From positions 1 through 45,871 of IMG/VR virus record IMGVR_UViG_3300032257_000025: a stretch of 45,871 nt of DNA, one strand, 5' to 3'. Each line of letters starts with the position of its first letter. Position 1 is the first letter of the stretch. This stretch comes from a virus. Its lineage: Duplodnaviria > Caudoviricetes. The position numbers were made by a program, and so were the translations under genes. The notes beneath the pieces are model-generated. The model was not told the origin of the DNA and did no database searches. It was given only the letters and a program-made list of their open reading frames with translations. Shown in pieces: positions 36,225 through 43,614 of this stretch.

Positions 36225-36452
36225 ATGCGAACAGACTGGCTAACAGATGATGAAAATGATAGGCGCAAACTAGCGCAAGACCTCGAAGCCGAGCGCGAGA
36301 AGGTGCGGGTGCTGAGGGATGCGCTGGCGAGTGCTACTAACCTCCTGGAGGCTCGACTAAATAGGGATGCTGACTACACGCGCCCCTGGATTGACGGTGT
36401 GAAAGATGGCCGCGCCGCCCTGGCCGCGACCGAGCCGGGGCAGGATGTCTAG
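36225..36452 (+). CDS. Coiled-coil hypothetical protein
   Basis: GAGACA-ATG start; helical pattern. Confidence 0.65.
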   Translation: MRTDWLTDDENDRRKLAQDLEAEREKVRVLRDALASATNLLEARLNRDADYTRPWIDGVKDGRAALAATEPGQDV

Positions 36453-36624
36453 CCCCTGCCAGTGCTGCGAGGACGAACCCGCGACCATCGAAGACCTGTG
36501 CCAGGAATGCCACGACGCACCTGCCTGTGATGCCTGCGGAGAACCGTGCCGATCCGACGAAGGACTACAATCCGATAGCCCAAGGTGCGAGGGCTGCATA
36601 GATCGCGCCAGAGACTTCAACTAA
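36445..36624 (+). CDS. Cys-rich multi-CxxC protein
   Basis: CQCC, CQEC, CDAC and CEGC. Confidence 0.55.
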   Translation: MSSPCQCCEDEPATIEDLCQECHDAPACDACGEPCRSDEGLQSDSPRCEGCIDRARDFN

Positions 36625-36639
36625 CCCCGGAATGAGACC

Positions 36640-37011
36640 ATGAAAGACAAAGACAACGTAACCATCACCCTCCCCCGCGACCAGTGGGAGGCCATCAGGG
36701 ATCAGGTGCAGGATGTGAAAGAGCCTGAGCGGGTGGAAGTGCCTGAATACAACGATAGGAGTTACTCTATCGACGTATGGAGGTCCATAAACAGCGGCGA
36801 GGACCACCTTCTCTACGTGTATGCGAATGGCGTGAGCCTACCCCCATCCGCCGCGCTCAAGCTGGCCCGTGCGCTGGTGGTCGGGGCGTGTGCGTTGGAG
36901 GGTGTGGCCGTGAAGTCCTGGAGAAGTGCCACCCCCCGCCGCCACATGTCCGAAGCTGGACCTGGAATATTAGCCTACATCGACGACCTGCTAGCGGGGC
37001 TGGACGCATGA
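36640..37011 (+). CDS. Early protein, paralog-family member 1
   Basis: VTITLPRDQW N-terminus and ALKLARALVVGACALEG. Confidence 0.7.
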   Translation: MKDKDNVTITLPRDQWEAIRDQVQDVKEPERVEVPEYNDRSYSIDVWRSINSGEDHLLYVYANGVSLPPSAALKLARALVVGACALEGVAVKSWRSATPRRHMSEAGPGILAYIDDLLAGLDA

Positions 37012-37081
37012 GCCTATTCCCAAAACACTGCCCCGATTGTGGTAAAGAGATGGGCGAACCCACCCCCACGGAGGCTAACCA

Positions 37082-37249
37082 GTGAGCAGCTACTACACCG
37101 ACGGTATCAGCGAGTGTTGGCCGGAGAGGACGCTAGGGGAGGCGCTGGAAGGCGAAGAGTCCTGTGGCGAAGCGGTCGGGGAGGATTTCGACACGGACGA
37201 TGCCCTGGCCGAGTTCTGGGCCTTCATCGAGGCAGAGTACGGCACCTGA
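37082..37249 (+). CDS. 55-aa highly acidic protein
   Basis: Read manually (MSSYYTDGISECWPE...AEFWAFIEAEYGT); 16 D/E versus 1 R; GTGA coupling with GGAGG upstream. Confidence 0.55.
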   Translation: MSSYYTDGISECWPERTLGEALEGEESCGEAVGEDFDTDDALAEFWAFIEAEYGT

Positions 37250-37430
37250 GAAACTACCGAGGTAGTTCAACCAGGAGCGGCGCACTTAACGGTGTTAACC
37301 TAGTCCGGCGCGCTGCTCCTAAGCCCTTCTAAGGGCCGACCTTCCGTACCCTACTCCAACCCCTCGGAACACTTTTCAAGCTCTTAGGAGGGCTTAAAAT
37401 AGGTCGTCCACAAGCCCAGATGAAACAACC

Positions 37431-37655
37431 ATGAGCCTACACCACCGCTACAACTGCCGCGTCTGCGGCGATCCTGCTGCTTCCGAGGACCAGACGAGGA
37501 ATGTCTGTGTCTTCTGCTACATAGACCTCGGCACTCGGCATCTGCCCGACGATGAGGAGTACACAGAGGTGGCCCTCCTAGCGCAAATGTCGCTACCCGG
37601 ACCCCTCTTGCCCCACGCCCGGCGCGGCGTGAACCTGAACCAGATGCACGACTAG
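37431..37655 (+). CDS. Zn-finger-like protein (CRVC...CVFC)
   Basis: Two CxxC motifs. Confidence 0.55.
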   Translation: MSLHHRYNCRVCGDPAASEDQTRNVCVFCYIDLGTRHLPDDEEYTEVALLAQMSLPGPLLPHARRGVNLNQMHD

Positions 37656-37713
37656 GCTTTGCAACTTCCTAGCTTGTCCCGTGCCTACAACGAATCCCAC
37701 GCACAAGCCTTGC

Positions 37714-37743
37714 TTGCGCTAGACCCCGAAAACATGATACAAT
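37714..37743 (+). promoter_or_regulatory. Promoter TTGCGC-N18-(TGn)TACAAT, leaderless ATG37751
   Basis: Extended -10 TGATACAAT with ATG 7 nt downstream. Confidence 0.65.
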
Positions 37744-37750
37744 CTACGAC

Positions 37751-37909
37751 ATGAGTACCAGACACCCCAACTACCGCCCCTACACCTACGCCAGCCTCGG
37801 CCTGTCGATCGCCTGCCTCGCTGCGGCCCTGTTCTGGTGGCCCGTGGGGTTCGGGGTGGCCGGGATCTGCTGGGCCGTGGTCGGGCTTGTGCTGGCGGAG
37901 CGGTCGTGA
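37751..37909 (+). CDS. 52-aa two-TM membrane protein
   Basis: MSTRHPNYRPYTYASLGLSIACLAAALFWWPVGFGVAGICWAVVGLVLAERS, read manually. Confidence 0.65.
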   Translation: MSTRHPNYRPYTYASLGLSIACLAAALFWWPVGFGVAGICWAVVGLVLAERS

Positions 37910-38115
37910 TGCCTAAGCAACTAGCCAGAGTTACCCTTGTGGAGATCCTAGCTACCGTGTTCCTGTTCCAGGGCGGGTGCGACAGTGACCCGTTCGGCTC
38001 AGAGACGGACCTGTGGCAGGTGCTGACAGGTACTGTGCTGCTGTGCATCGTGGTAGTCAACAAGAGCCAGAGTCCAGCCCCCCACGCAGAAAACGGGGGC
38101 CAGCAGGCCGATTGA
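37909..38115 (+). CDS. Small two-TM membrane protein
   Basis: TGATG coupling; two hydrophobic segments. Confidence 0.6.
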   Translation: MPKQLARVTLVEILATVFLFQGGCDSDPFGSETDLWQVLTGTVLLCIVVVNKSQSPAPHAENGGQQAD

Positions 38116-38171
38116 CGTAACCCCTTGTCGATAAACGACTTACACCCGATGGCCTGGAGGCCGCAGATAAC

Positions 38172-38507
38172 ATGAGCAAGAACACCACGAAACATACGCC
38201 GCCCCAGGACTGGGAATGCTACCAGTCCATTGAGGGCATCGACTCTAGCTTCGTAGTCCTCGACGGCGAGGGTAACAGGCTCACCGAGAACCTAGAAGAA
38301 GCACCCGCCCGCCTGATCGCGGCGGCTCCGGCGCTGCTCCAGGCCCTAGAACGCCTAGGCTCTATGGAGGCATTCACGGCGACAGGGTGGGGGCACCTAG
38401 ACAAGACAAGGGATGCCGAACTGCTTGCCCGTATCGACTACGCGCAGGCGGCACTGGCACAAGCGCACGGGCGTTGTGAAAATGACAACGCGAGAGAGGG
38501 CGCATGA
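38172..38507 (+). CDS. Common phage early protein (HTP..W...ARLIAAAP.LL.AL family)
   Basis: KHTPPQDW and ARLIAAAPALLQALE motifs. Confidence 0.75.
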   Translation: MSKNTTKHTPPQDWECYQSIEGIDSSFVVLDGEGNRLTENLEEAPARLIAAAPALLQALERLGSMEAFTATGWGHLDKTRDAELLARIDYAQAALAQAHGRCENDNAREGA

Positions 38508-38689
38508 GCCGCGACCTCGACGAGGCCCTAGAGCTGCTGCTGGCCGCAATCAGGACTAGGCTACCCGAGGACCAGATCCCGATGGCCGATCATGAGCTGG
38601 TGCGGTGGGCCGCGAATGAACTGGTGCGCGTGCCTGTCGTCGGGTTCGAGCTGGACCCCGACTGGAACGCCGGGGGGCATGGGTGCTGA
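38504..38689 (+). CDS. Hypothetical protein
   Basis: ATGA and TGATG coupling. Confidence 0.6.
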   Translation: MSRDLDEALELLLAAIRTRLPEDQIPMADHELVRWAANELVRVPVVGFELDPDWNAGGHGC

Positions 38690-39297
38690 TGTGGTGGCCT
38701 TTCCGCTACCGCCCCACCCCGGCCGAATGCCAGGCGCTGTTCAACAGAATAGTCGACGCGGACGGGTTTACAGACATCAGCGCACAGGAGAACAAGGTCC
38801 TACGATCTCCAGAATGGCGACGCTACTGTGCTGCGGAACACGCCCGGAAAAGCACACAGAAACGTGCGGATTCCCGCGCGGACCCTCACTCCAGCCGACT
38901 CCTCGAACTCCTGGCCCAGACGGGCCGCATCTACCAGATACCAGACTACGGCTCGCTGACCGCCGTTGAGCGTCAGTACATAGCGCCCCGAAGATGGGGA
39001 TACAGACACATGACACCAAAGACCACAAAACTCACGCTCGAAGTTACGCCCGAGCAGCACGCCCGCCTACATGAGGCTAACCCGGGGCTGATTACGGCTC
39101 CCGCGCAGGACGATCCGTTGGATTGGTCGGCGAACTTGAACCCCGTGTGTGCAATCAAGGACGCCTGGTTCCATGGCTCGAAGGGGGCTATGCTTGAAGT
39201 GGAGGACTGGAGCCAGGGCTTCTACACCCACGAACTCCGCACCCTCGGCGAGGCCCTGGTGGCTGCGGCTGAGGCCCTGGAAGGAGGTAAAAAATGA
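38689..39297 (+). CDS. Early protein; C-terminal half (from ATG39010) is paralog-family member 2
   Basis: LTLEVTPEQHARLHEANPGLITAP module. Confidence 0.65.
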   Translation: MWWPFRYRPTPAECQALFNRIVDADGFTDISAQENKVLRSPEWRRYCAAEHARKSTQKRADSRADPHSSRLLELLAQTGRIYQIPDYGSLTAVERQYIAPRRWGYRHMTPKTTKLTLEVTPEQHARLHEANPGLITAPAQDDPLDWSANLNPVCAIKDAWFHGSKGAMLEVEDWSQGFYTHELRTLGEALVAAAEALEGGKK

Positions 39298-39542
39298 AAC
39301 AGAAACTTACCATCGAAGTTACGCCCGAGCAGCACCGGCGATTGTACGAGGCCAACCCCGAGCTGATTACGGCTCCGGCCAAGCACAAGTATGACTGGAC
39401 GTGTCCGAGCGATGGGATGCTCGGCACTCGGCCGAGCGAACCTGAGGGGTGCTACCTCCAGTTCCGTAACACCGAATGCTGGAACAAGACCGACCTCCGG
39501 CACCTGCGCGATTACCTCGACAGGATTCTGGGAGGTGAGTGA
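39294..39542 (+). CDS. Paralog-family member 3
   Basis: LTIEVTPEQHRRLYEANPELITAP; strong SD AAGGAGGT. Confidence 0.75.
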   Translation: MKQKLTIEVTPEQHRRLYEANPELITAPAKHKYDWTCPSDGMLGTRPSEPEGCYLQFRNTECWNKTDLRHLRDYLDRILGGE

Positions 39543-40092
39543 TGACTGCCCCCCTTACCCCTGGCCCTTCTACGGAACTGATGGGCCGTATGACCCCGAG
39601 ACTCGGACACACTACAGAGTAGACGCCCACACCGGGGCTACACTCTGGAGCATCACATTTAGACCACCTAGACCAATGACTACGCAAGACACAACTACTA
39701 CTACCCTGACACTCAACCTGACCCGCGCCGAGCACCAACGCCTCCACGAGCAGAATCCGGGGCTGGTGGCGGCCCCTGTAGTCCATTCGATTACGCCCGT
39801 TGAGATTGGGATGGAGAGCGCCCCGTTGCTCCTCGACAACACCCGCTGGAGAACGAGGGATGGTGGCCCTACCATCAAGCTCGACCTCAACCAACCTTGT
39901 CGCAACTACCGGGCACTGTCACCTGCCCGCGCACGACAACTGGCGCGCGCCCTGATCGTGGCAGCGGGGGAGTTGGAGGGGCGGGAGCCTGAGTCCCAAC
40001 TACTTAGTCCCATAGCCCGCGACCTGCCCTCTGACGAGAAGTGGTGTTTAGGCTACTTAACTATGATGCTAGAGGCCCCTTATGGTAGCTAG
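39535..40092 (+). CDS. Early protein; from ATG39676 it is paralog-family member 4
   Basis: LTLNLTRAEHQRLHEQNPGLVAAP and ARQLARALIVAAGELEG. Confidence 0.65.
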   Translation: MSDDCPPYPWPFYGTDGPYDPETRTHYRVDAHTGATLWSITFRPPRPMTTQDTTTTTLTLNLTRAEHQRLHEQNPGLVAAPVVHSITPVEIGMESAPLLLDNTRWRTRDGGPTIKLDLNQPCRNYRALSPARARQLARALIVAAGELEGREPESQLLSPIARDLPSDEKWCLGYLTMMLEAPYGS

Positions 40093-40285
40093 ACCCACAG
40101 CCCTCACCTGCGCCGACAAGTACGCCGAGGTCAAGCGAGGCCTCACACGGGTCGAGGAGGCCTACCTCGAAGACGACCACGAGCGCGAGAGAGATGAAGT
40201 GATCCAGACGCTACGGGCGATGGAGGCGATGCTGGGACTACTCATGTACGACATCACGGGGAGGGGCTATGGGTCCAAAGCCTAA
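40082..40285 (+). CDS. Hypothetical helical protein
   Basis: Tiling ORF. Confidence 0.55.
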   Translation: MVARPTALTCADKYAEVKRGLTRVEEAYLEDDHERERDEVIQTLRAMEAMLGLLMYDITGRGYGSKA

Positions 40286-40481
40286 TCCCCGGCTCGTACC
40301 CTGCCGCGACCCCTCACGCGGCTTCAACCACGACTCGTGCCCCACCTGCCGGGGCACGGGGCTACTCCTGTTCGAGCCAGAGACGGGCGAGCTTAGCCCA
40401 TGCAGGCTCCGACAAGAGATCACCCACAGCGAGGTTCTAGACCTGGCGCGGCTGCGAAGCCTTCGGGGTGGCGGCGGGTGA
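40269..40481 (+). CDS. Small protein with CPTCRGTG Zn motif
   Basis: GGAGG upstream; 3' end overlaps the convergent GIY-YIG gene. Confidence 0.5.
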   Translation: MGPKPNPRLVPCRDPSRGFNHDSCPTCRGTGLLLFEPETGELSPCRLRQEITHSEVLDLARLRSLRGGGG

Positions 40482-41069
40482 TGGGAGGCGCCAACCCTGT
40501 GCCTGGCGAGACTGTCCCTTTATCAGGCGCAGCAGTGCGGCCCTCTTCGCGCCATGCTGCTTATGGAGTTCCCACGGGGTGCAGGTGATAACCCGCCCGT
40601 CGATATGGTGGAACTCCTGGAGTGGCATGTCTCGCAGCTGGCGTATGATACTAGATTGGCGACGCTTCGCCACTTGTCTGGCCTTGACTGCGCGAGCCTT
40701 GGCCGCCTCAGGCCGCTCCCGTAAGTACCACTCACGCTTTGTCGCGGACATCTTCCTGCGGGCCTCCAGGGTATGCTTCCGGCCACGGCTAGGCGCCTCG
40801 GCATGATGCGCGATGTTCATACAGTTCTCGGTACCGTGGAACATGTCCAGGAGCCGCTGCTCTTCCCTGTGGATGTCACTCAGATCGCACTCTACAGACA
40901 CCCGCATCTCGAAGTCCTGGTACTTGTCGTAGCACCGCTGCATGATGCTGTTCGGATGGACGCCCCTGTCCAGCTCCGACATGTGCTGGTTCCTGCGCAG
41001 CGCGATATTCTGACTCTGCCCGAAGTAGAACCAGGGTCCGATGTTTATCTGGTAGATGCCCGTTACCAC
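40437..41069 (-). CDS. GIY-YIG homing endonuclease with NUMOD3-like motif
   Basis: TGIYQI...FYFGQSQNIALRRNQH, E..EQ, CMN and HTLEARRKMS. Confidence 0.88.
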   Translation of the reverse strand: MVTGIYQINIGPWFYFGQSQNIALRRNQHMSELDRGVHPNSIMQRCYDKYQDFEMRVSVECDLSDIHREEQRLLDMFHGTENCMNIAHHAEAPSRGRKHTLEARRKMSATKREWYLRERPEAAKARAVKARQVAKRRQSSIIRQLRDMPLQEFHHIDGRVITCTPWELHKQHGAKRAALLRLIKGQSRQAQGWRLPSPAATPKASQPRQV

Positions 41070-41076
41070 AGCCTCC

Positions 41077-41104
41077 AGTATACCGTGGAGATAGCGAAAA
41101 TCAA
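41077..41104 (-). promoter_or_regulatory. Promoter TTGATT-N16-TATACT for the GIY-YIG gene (leaderless GTG41069)
   Basis: GTG is 7 nt after the -10 hexamer. Confidence 0.55.
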
Positions 41105-41113
41105 GCGCGCCGC

Positions 41114-41340
41114 ACATATAGGAGACATTATCGGACCCATTCAGGTGCTAACCCCTGCCGCCACAACACTTACGGCGATGAGCCTACCAAAAAAATTTCT
41201 GGTGGGATTTTTTCGTTTTTCCGGATTTCGCCAAAATCGGTGTTTCAGGCCGGAAAAACTTTTTTCCTGGGGTGATTCGTGTAAACCATTGTACGTAAAG
41301 CATTTAAGGGGAATATGGTCCGATAATGCCGCCTATATGT
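41114..41340. repeat. AT-rich locus bounded by 24-nt inverted dif/Xer-like repeats; candidate origin or recombination site
   Basis: GGTCCGATAATG(TCTC/CCGC)CTATATGT at 41137-41114 (-) and 41317-41340 (+), 22/24 identical. Inner inverted repeat GTTTTTCCGG/CCGGAAAAAC. Confidence 0.75.
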
Positions 41341-41384
41341 CGAAACGCAACAGGACCAAAAATGCGGAAATAATAGGAAAATAG

Positions 41385-41413
41385 TTGACCCCGCTACATC
41401 CCACTGGTATCGT
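41385..41413 (+). promoter_or_regulatory. Promoter TTGACC-N17-(TGn)TATCGT for the RHH-primase operon
   Basis: Read directly. Confidence 0.7.
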
Positions 41414-41451
41414 TCCGGAGTTAGCGAACCAGTACACCCTTAAACACACCC

Positions 41452-41748
41452 ATGAAAACAGCCCGAGACATCCAGAAGTTCCTAAGTCCCACCGGCCTCG
41501 CCAGGTTCGAGCAAGAGTTCGCCTTCCGTGGCATGAGCGCCTCCGTCAGTGCCATTGTGCGCGACGCGATCATCTGGTACCTGAAGCAGCCCATCAAGGA
41601 CAGGTACCGAGACCCGAACAACCAGCCGAAGCGGGGCAGGCGCAGGCGAATGCAGCCCATGGACGAGGGACCTAAGGATGAAGTGTCCGGGTTCAAGCCG
41701 ACTGTGAATCCTGATGTCGAGCCGCCCCAGGACAAAGCAACTTCCTAG
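41452..41748 (+). CDS. Ribbon-helix-helix (CopG-like) DNA-binding protein
   Basis: DIQKFLSP...RGMSASVSAIVRDAIIWYL. Confidence 0.6.
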   Translation: MKTARDIQKFLSPTGLARFEQEFAFRGMSASVSAIVRDAIIWYLKQPIKDRYRDPNNQPKRGRRRRMQPMDEGPKDEVSGFKPTVNPDVEPPQDKATS

Positions 41749-41756
41749 TCCGCCCC

Positions 41757-43352
41757 ATGTCCTCAACAAACTACGGGCAGAAGCTCGCCGAAGCCGGGTA
41801 CTGGGTCTTCCCGCTCTCCCAGTACCAGAAAGCCGCATTCCCGCGCGATACCCGGGGTAAGTCCTGGGGCGAGCTGATGCGCATGGAAACCGAGGGCCGC
41901 CTCATCGCCGCTACCGCTGTCGCTACAGGACAAGACCTGTCGGGCGCAGCGGTTTGCTTCCAGCCGAGCGATCCGGTGCCCATGATAGTGCTGGACGTGG
42001 ACAACTACGGGGCCTCTGCCGATGCGGTCTGGGCCAGCGTGGGCTGTGACGGGCCGATGCCGCCGACAGTGCGCACGGCCAGCGGAGGGTGCCACTTCTG
42101 GTGGCGCGTACCCGAGGGGCTCAGTGCTGCGGCGCTGCCCTTCGAGTTCAATCTGGGGGCTGGTGCGAAGGGGGAAGTAAGGGGCTCCCGGGAAGCGCGC
42201 CAGCTTCTGGTTTTGCCGGGGTCGCGCGCCCTGAACAAGCTAGGCAAGCGCGGCACCTACACTGCCCTGGAGTTCCCCGACAGGCTCCAGGACTTCCCCG
42301 AGATGCCTGTCCCTCTATGGGACCGGCTCCTGGCAGGTGACACCCGTAACGCTTCGCAGCAGGCCAATGCCTCGAAGCTGCCCACGGAACTGGTGCACTT
42401 CCTGAAGCTCCTGGATGACAGGCCTGCCGGAACCCTGAAGCGGGGCGCCTTCAATACTACGATTGCCAAGGTGGGGCAGGTTGCTGGCCGGATCAGCGGC
42501 TGGGACAAGCCGGGCGACGAGCTATCTGACAGGCTGCACAACCTGTTAACCGGATGGCTGGACGAGGACGAGACCTTCAACGATGCCGAGTTCCACCAGG
42601 CCCTGAACAGTGGTTGGCGGCGAGGTAAGAAGAACGGCGATAAGTATCAGCCCCGGGACAAGTACCCGACCGTGACAGATGTCCTGGCCGAGTGCCGCAA
42701 CCTGTTCGGGGGCGACCCGTGGCTTGTCGAGATGATCGCGCAGGACGGCAAGACCCAGGACTGGGAGCTTGGCATCGGTGGCTCGGTGAAGGACCGGGAC
42801 GGGGCAAGCCGGACAGTGCTGCTGCGAAGCGTCGATGATGCCTACGTGTCGCTGTGCCAGCTCGGTTCGGTCGATCTGGACGTTGCCAGCCAGAGTCCGC
42901 TGCACATCATGCCGGGCTGGCGGAAGGCACTGGACCTGCACCTGCGAGCGACCCGGGCCGTGGATCACCAGGGCCTGCCGCCTGCTGCTAAGTTCTGGGG
43001 TAAGTTGGCGGAACTCGCGCGGGATGCCGCATCGGAGCGGTGTTTTCTACGAACTCGCAATGGTACGAGGGGGGCATACGCCAACATCTACGTGCCCGCC
43101 GCCGAGGCCCCCGAGCTTATCCTGATGCCCGAGGCCCAGATTGGCCTGAGCATGTACACGCGCGACAACCGTGTCGTGAACCGCGAACGGCGCCGCTTCG
43201 CCAGCACTAAGCGCCTTCGCTCGATGCAGGCCGGAACCGAGGCCTGGATTTTTCCGCTCCGTGCTGTGGCCGAAGAATCCGCAGATCCGGACTTGACAAC
43301 TTGGGTGCTCGAAGAGTACGCTACCTACAGGAGGACTGACGACAATGAATAG
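41757..43352 (+). CDS. Bifunctional primase-polymerase (Prim-Pol/AEP) domain protein
   Basis: GYWVFPL, VLDVD, VRTASGGCHFWW and EVRG..LVLPGS; no Walker A in the C-terminal part. Confidence 0.85.
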   Translation: MSSTNYGQKLAEAGYWVFPLSQYQKAAFPRDTRGKSWGELMRMETEGRLIAATAVATGQDLSGAAVCFQPSDPVPMIVLDVDNYGASADAVWASVGCDGPMPPTVRTASGGCHFWWRVPEGLSAAALPFEFNLGAGAKGEVRGSREARQLLVLPGSRALNKLGKRGTYTALEFPDRLQDFPEMPVPLWDRLLAGDTRNASQQANASKLPTELVHFLKLLDDRPAGTLKRGAFNTTIAKVGQVAGRISGWDKPGDELSDRLHNLLTGWLDEDETFNDAEFHQALNSGWRRGKKNGDKYQPRDKYPTVTDVLAECRNLFGGDPWLVEMIAQDGKTQDWELGIGGSVKDRDGASRTVLLRSVDDAYVSLCQLGSVDLDVASQSPLHIMPGWRKALDLHLRATRAVDHQGLPPAAKFWGKLAELARDAASERCFLRTRNGTRGAYANIYVPAAEAPELILMPEAQIGLSMYTRDNRVVNRERRRFASTKRLRSMQAGTEAWIFPLRAVAEESADPDLTTWVLEEYATYRRTDDNE

Positions 43353-43614
43353 CAAAGACATCAACCGCTTCGCCCGAGGACTAGTGCCGAACCGGGCACT
43401 TACTGAAGCCCTGGAGCCGCCCGCACCCTTCACCGTGGAGGACGACGACTACAATCCGGTGACCTTTGAGGTGGTGCAGAATGAGCGGTTCCGAAGCCTA
43501 CTTATCCGCCACCACGACGATGACGGGGTGCAGATCAGCATGGCCTACGACAAGAGGGAGATTGCTGAGAAGTTGCCTGCGCTGCTGGCTTGGGCGTTGG
43601 AGGGTCAAGCATGA
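43345..43614 (+). CDS. Hypothetical protein
   Basis: GGAGG SD; 8-nt overlap with the primase gene. Confidence 0.65.
   Translation: MNSKDINRFARGLVPNRALTEALEPPAPFTVEDDDYNPVTFEVVQNERFRSLLIRHHDDDGVQISMAYDKREIAEKLPALLAWALEGQA

Noticed and set aside
39010-39400. Diversity-generating retroelement template/variable repeat pair
   Set aside because: There is no reverse transcriptase, differences are not adenine-specific, and the repeats encode N-terminal protein modules.
40773-41384. 203-aa + strand ORF
   Set aside because: It is antisense to the GIY-YIG gene and runs through the repeat-rich AT locus; its composition is not protein-like.
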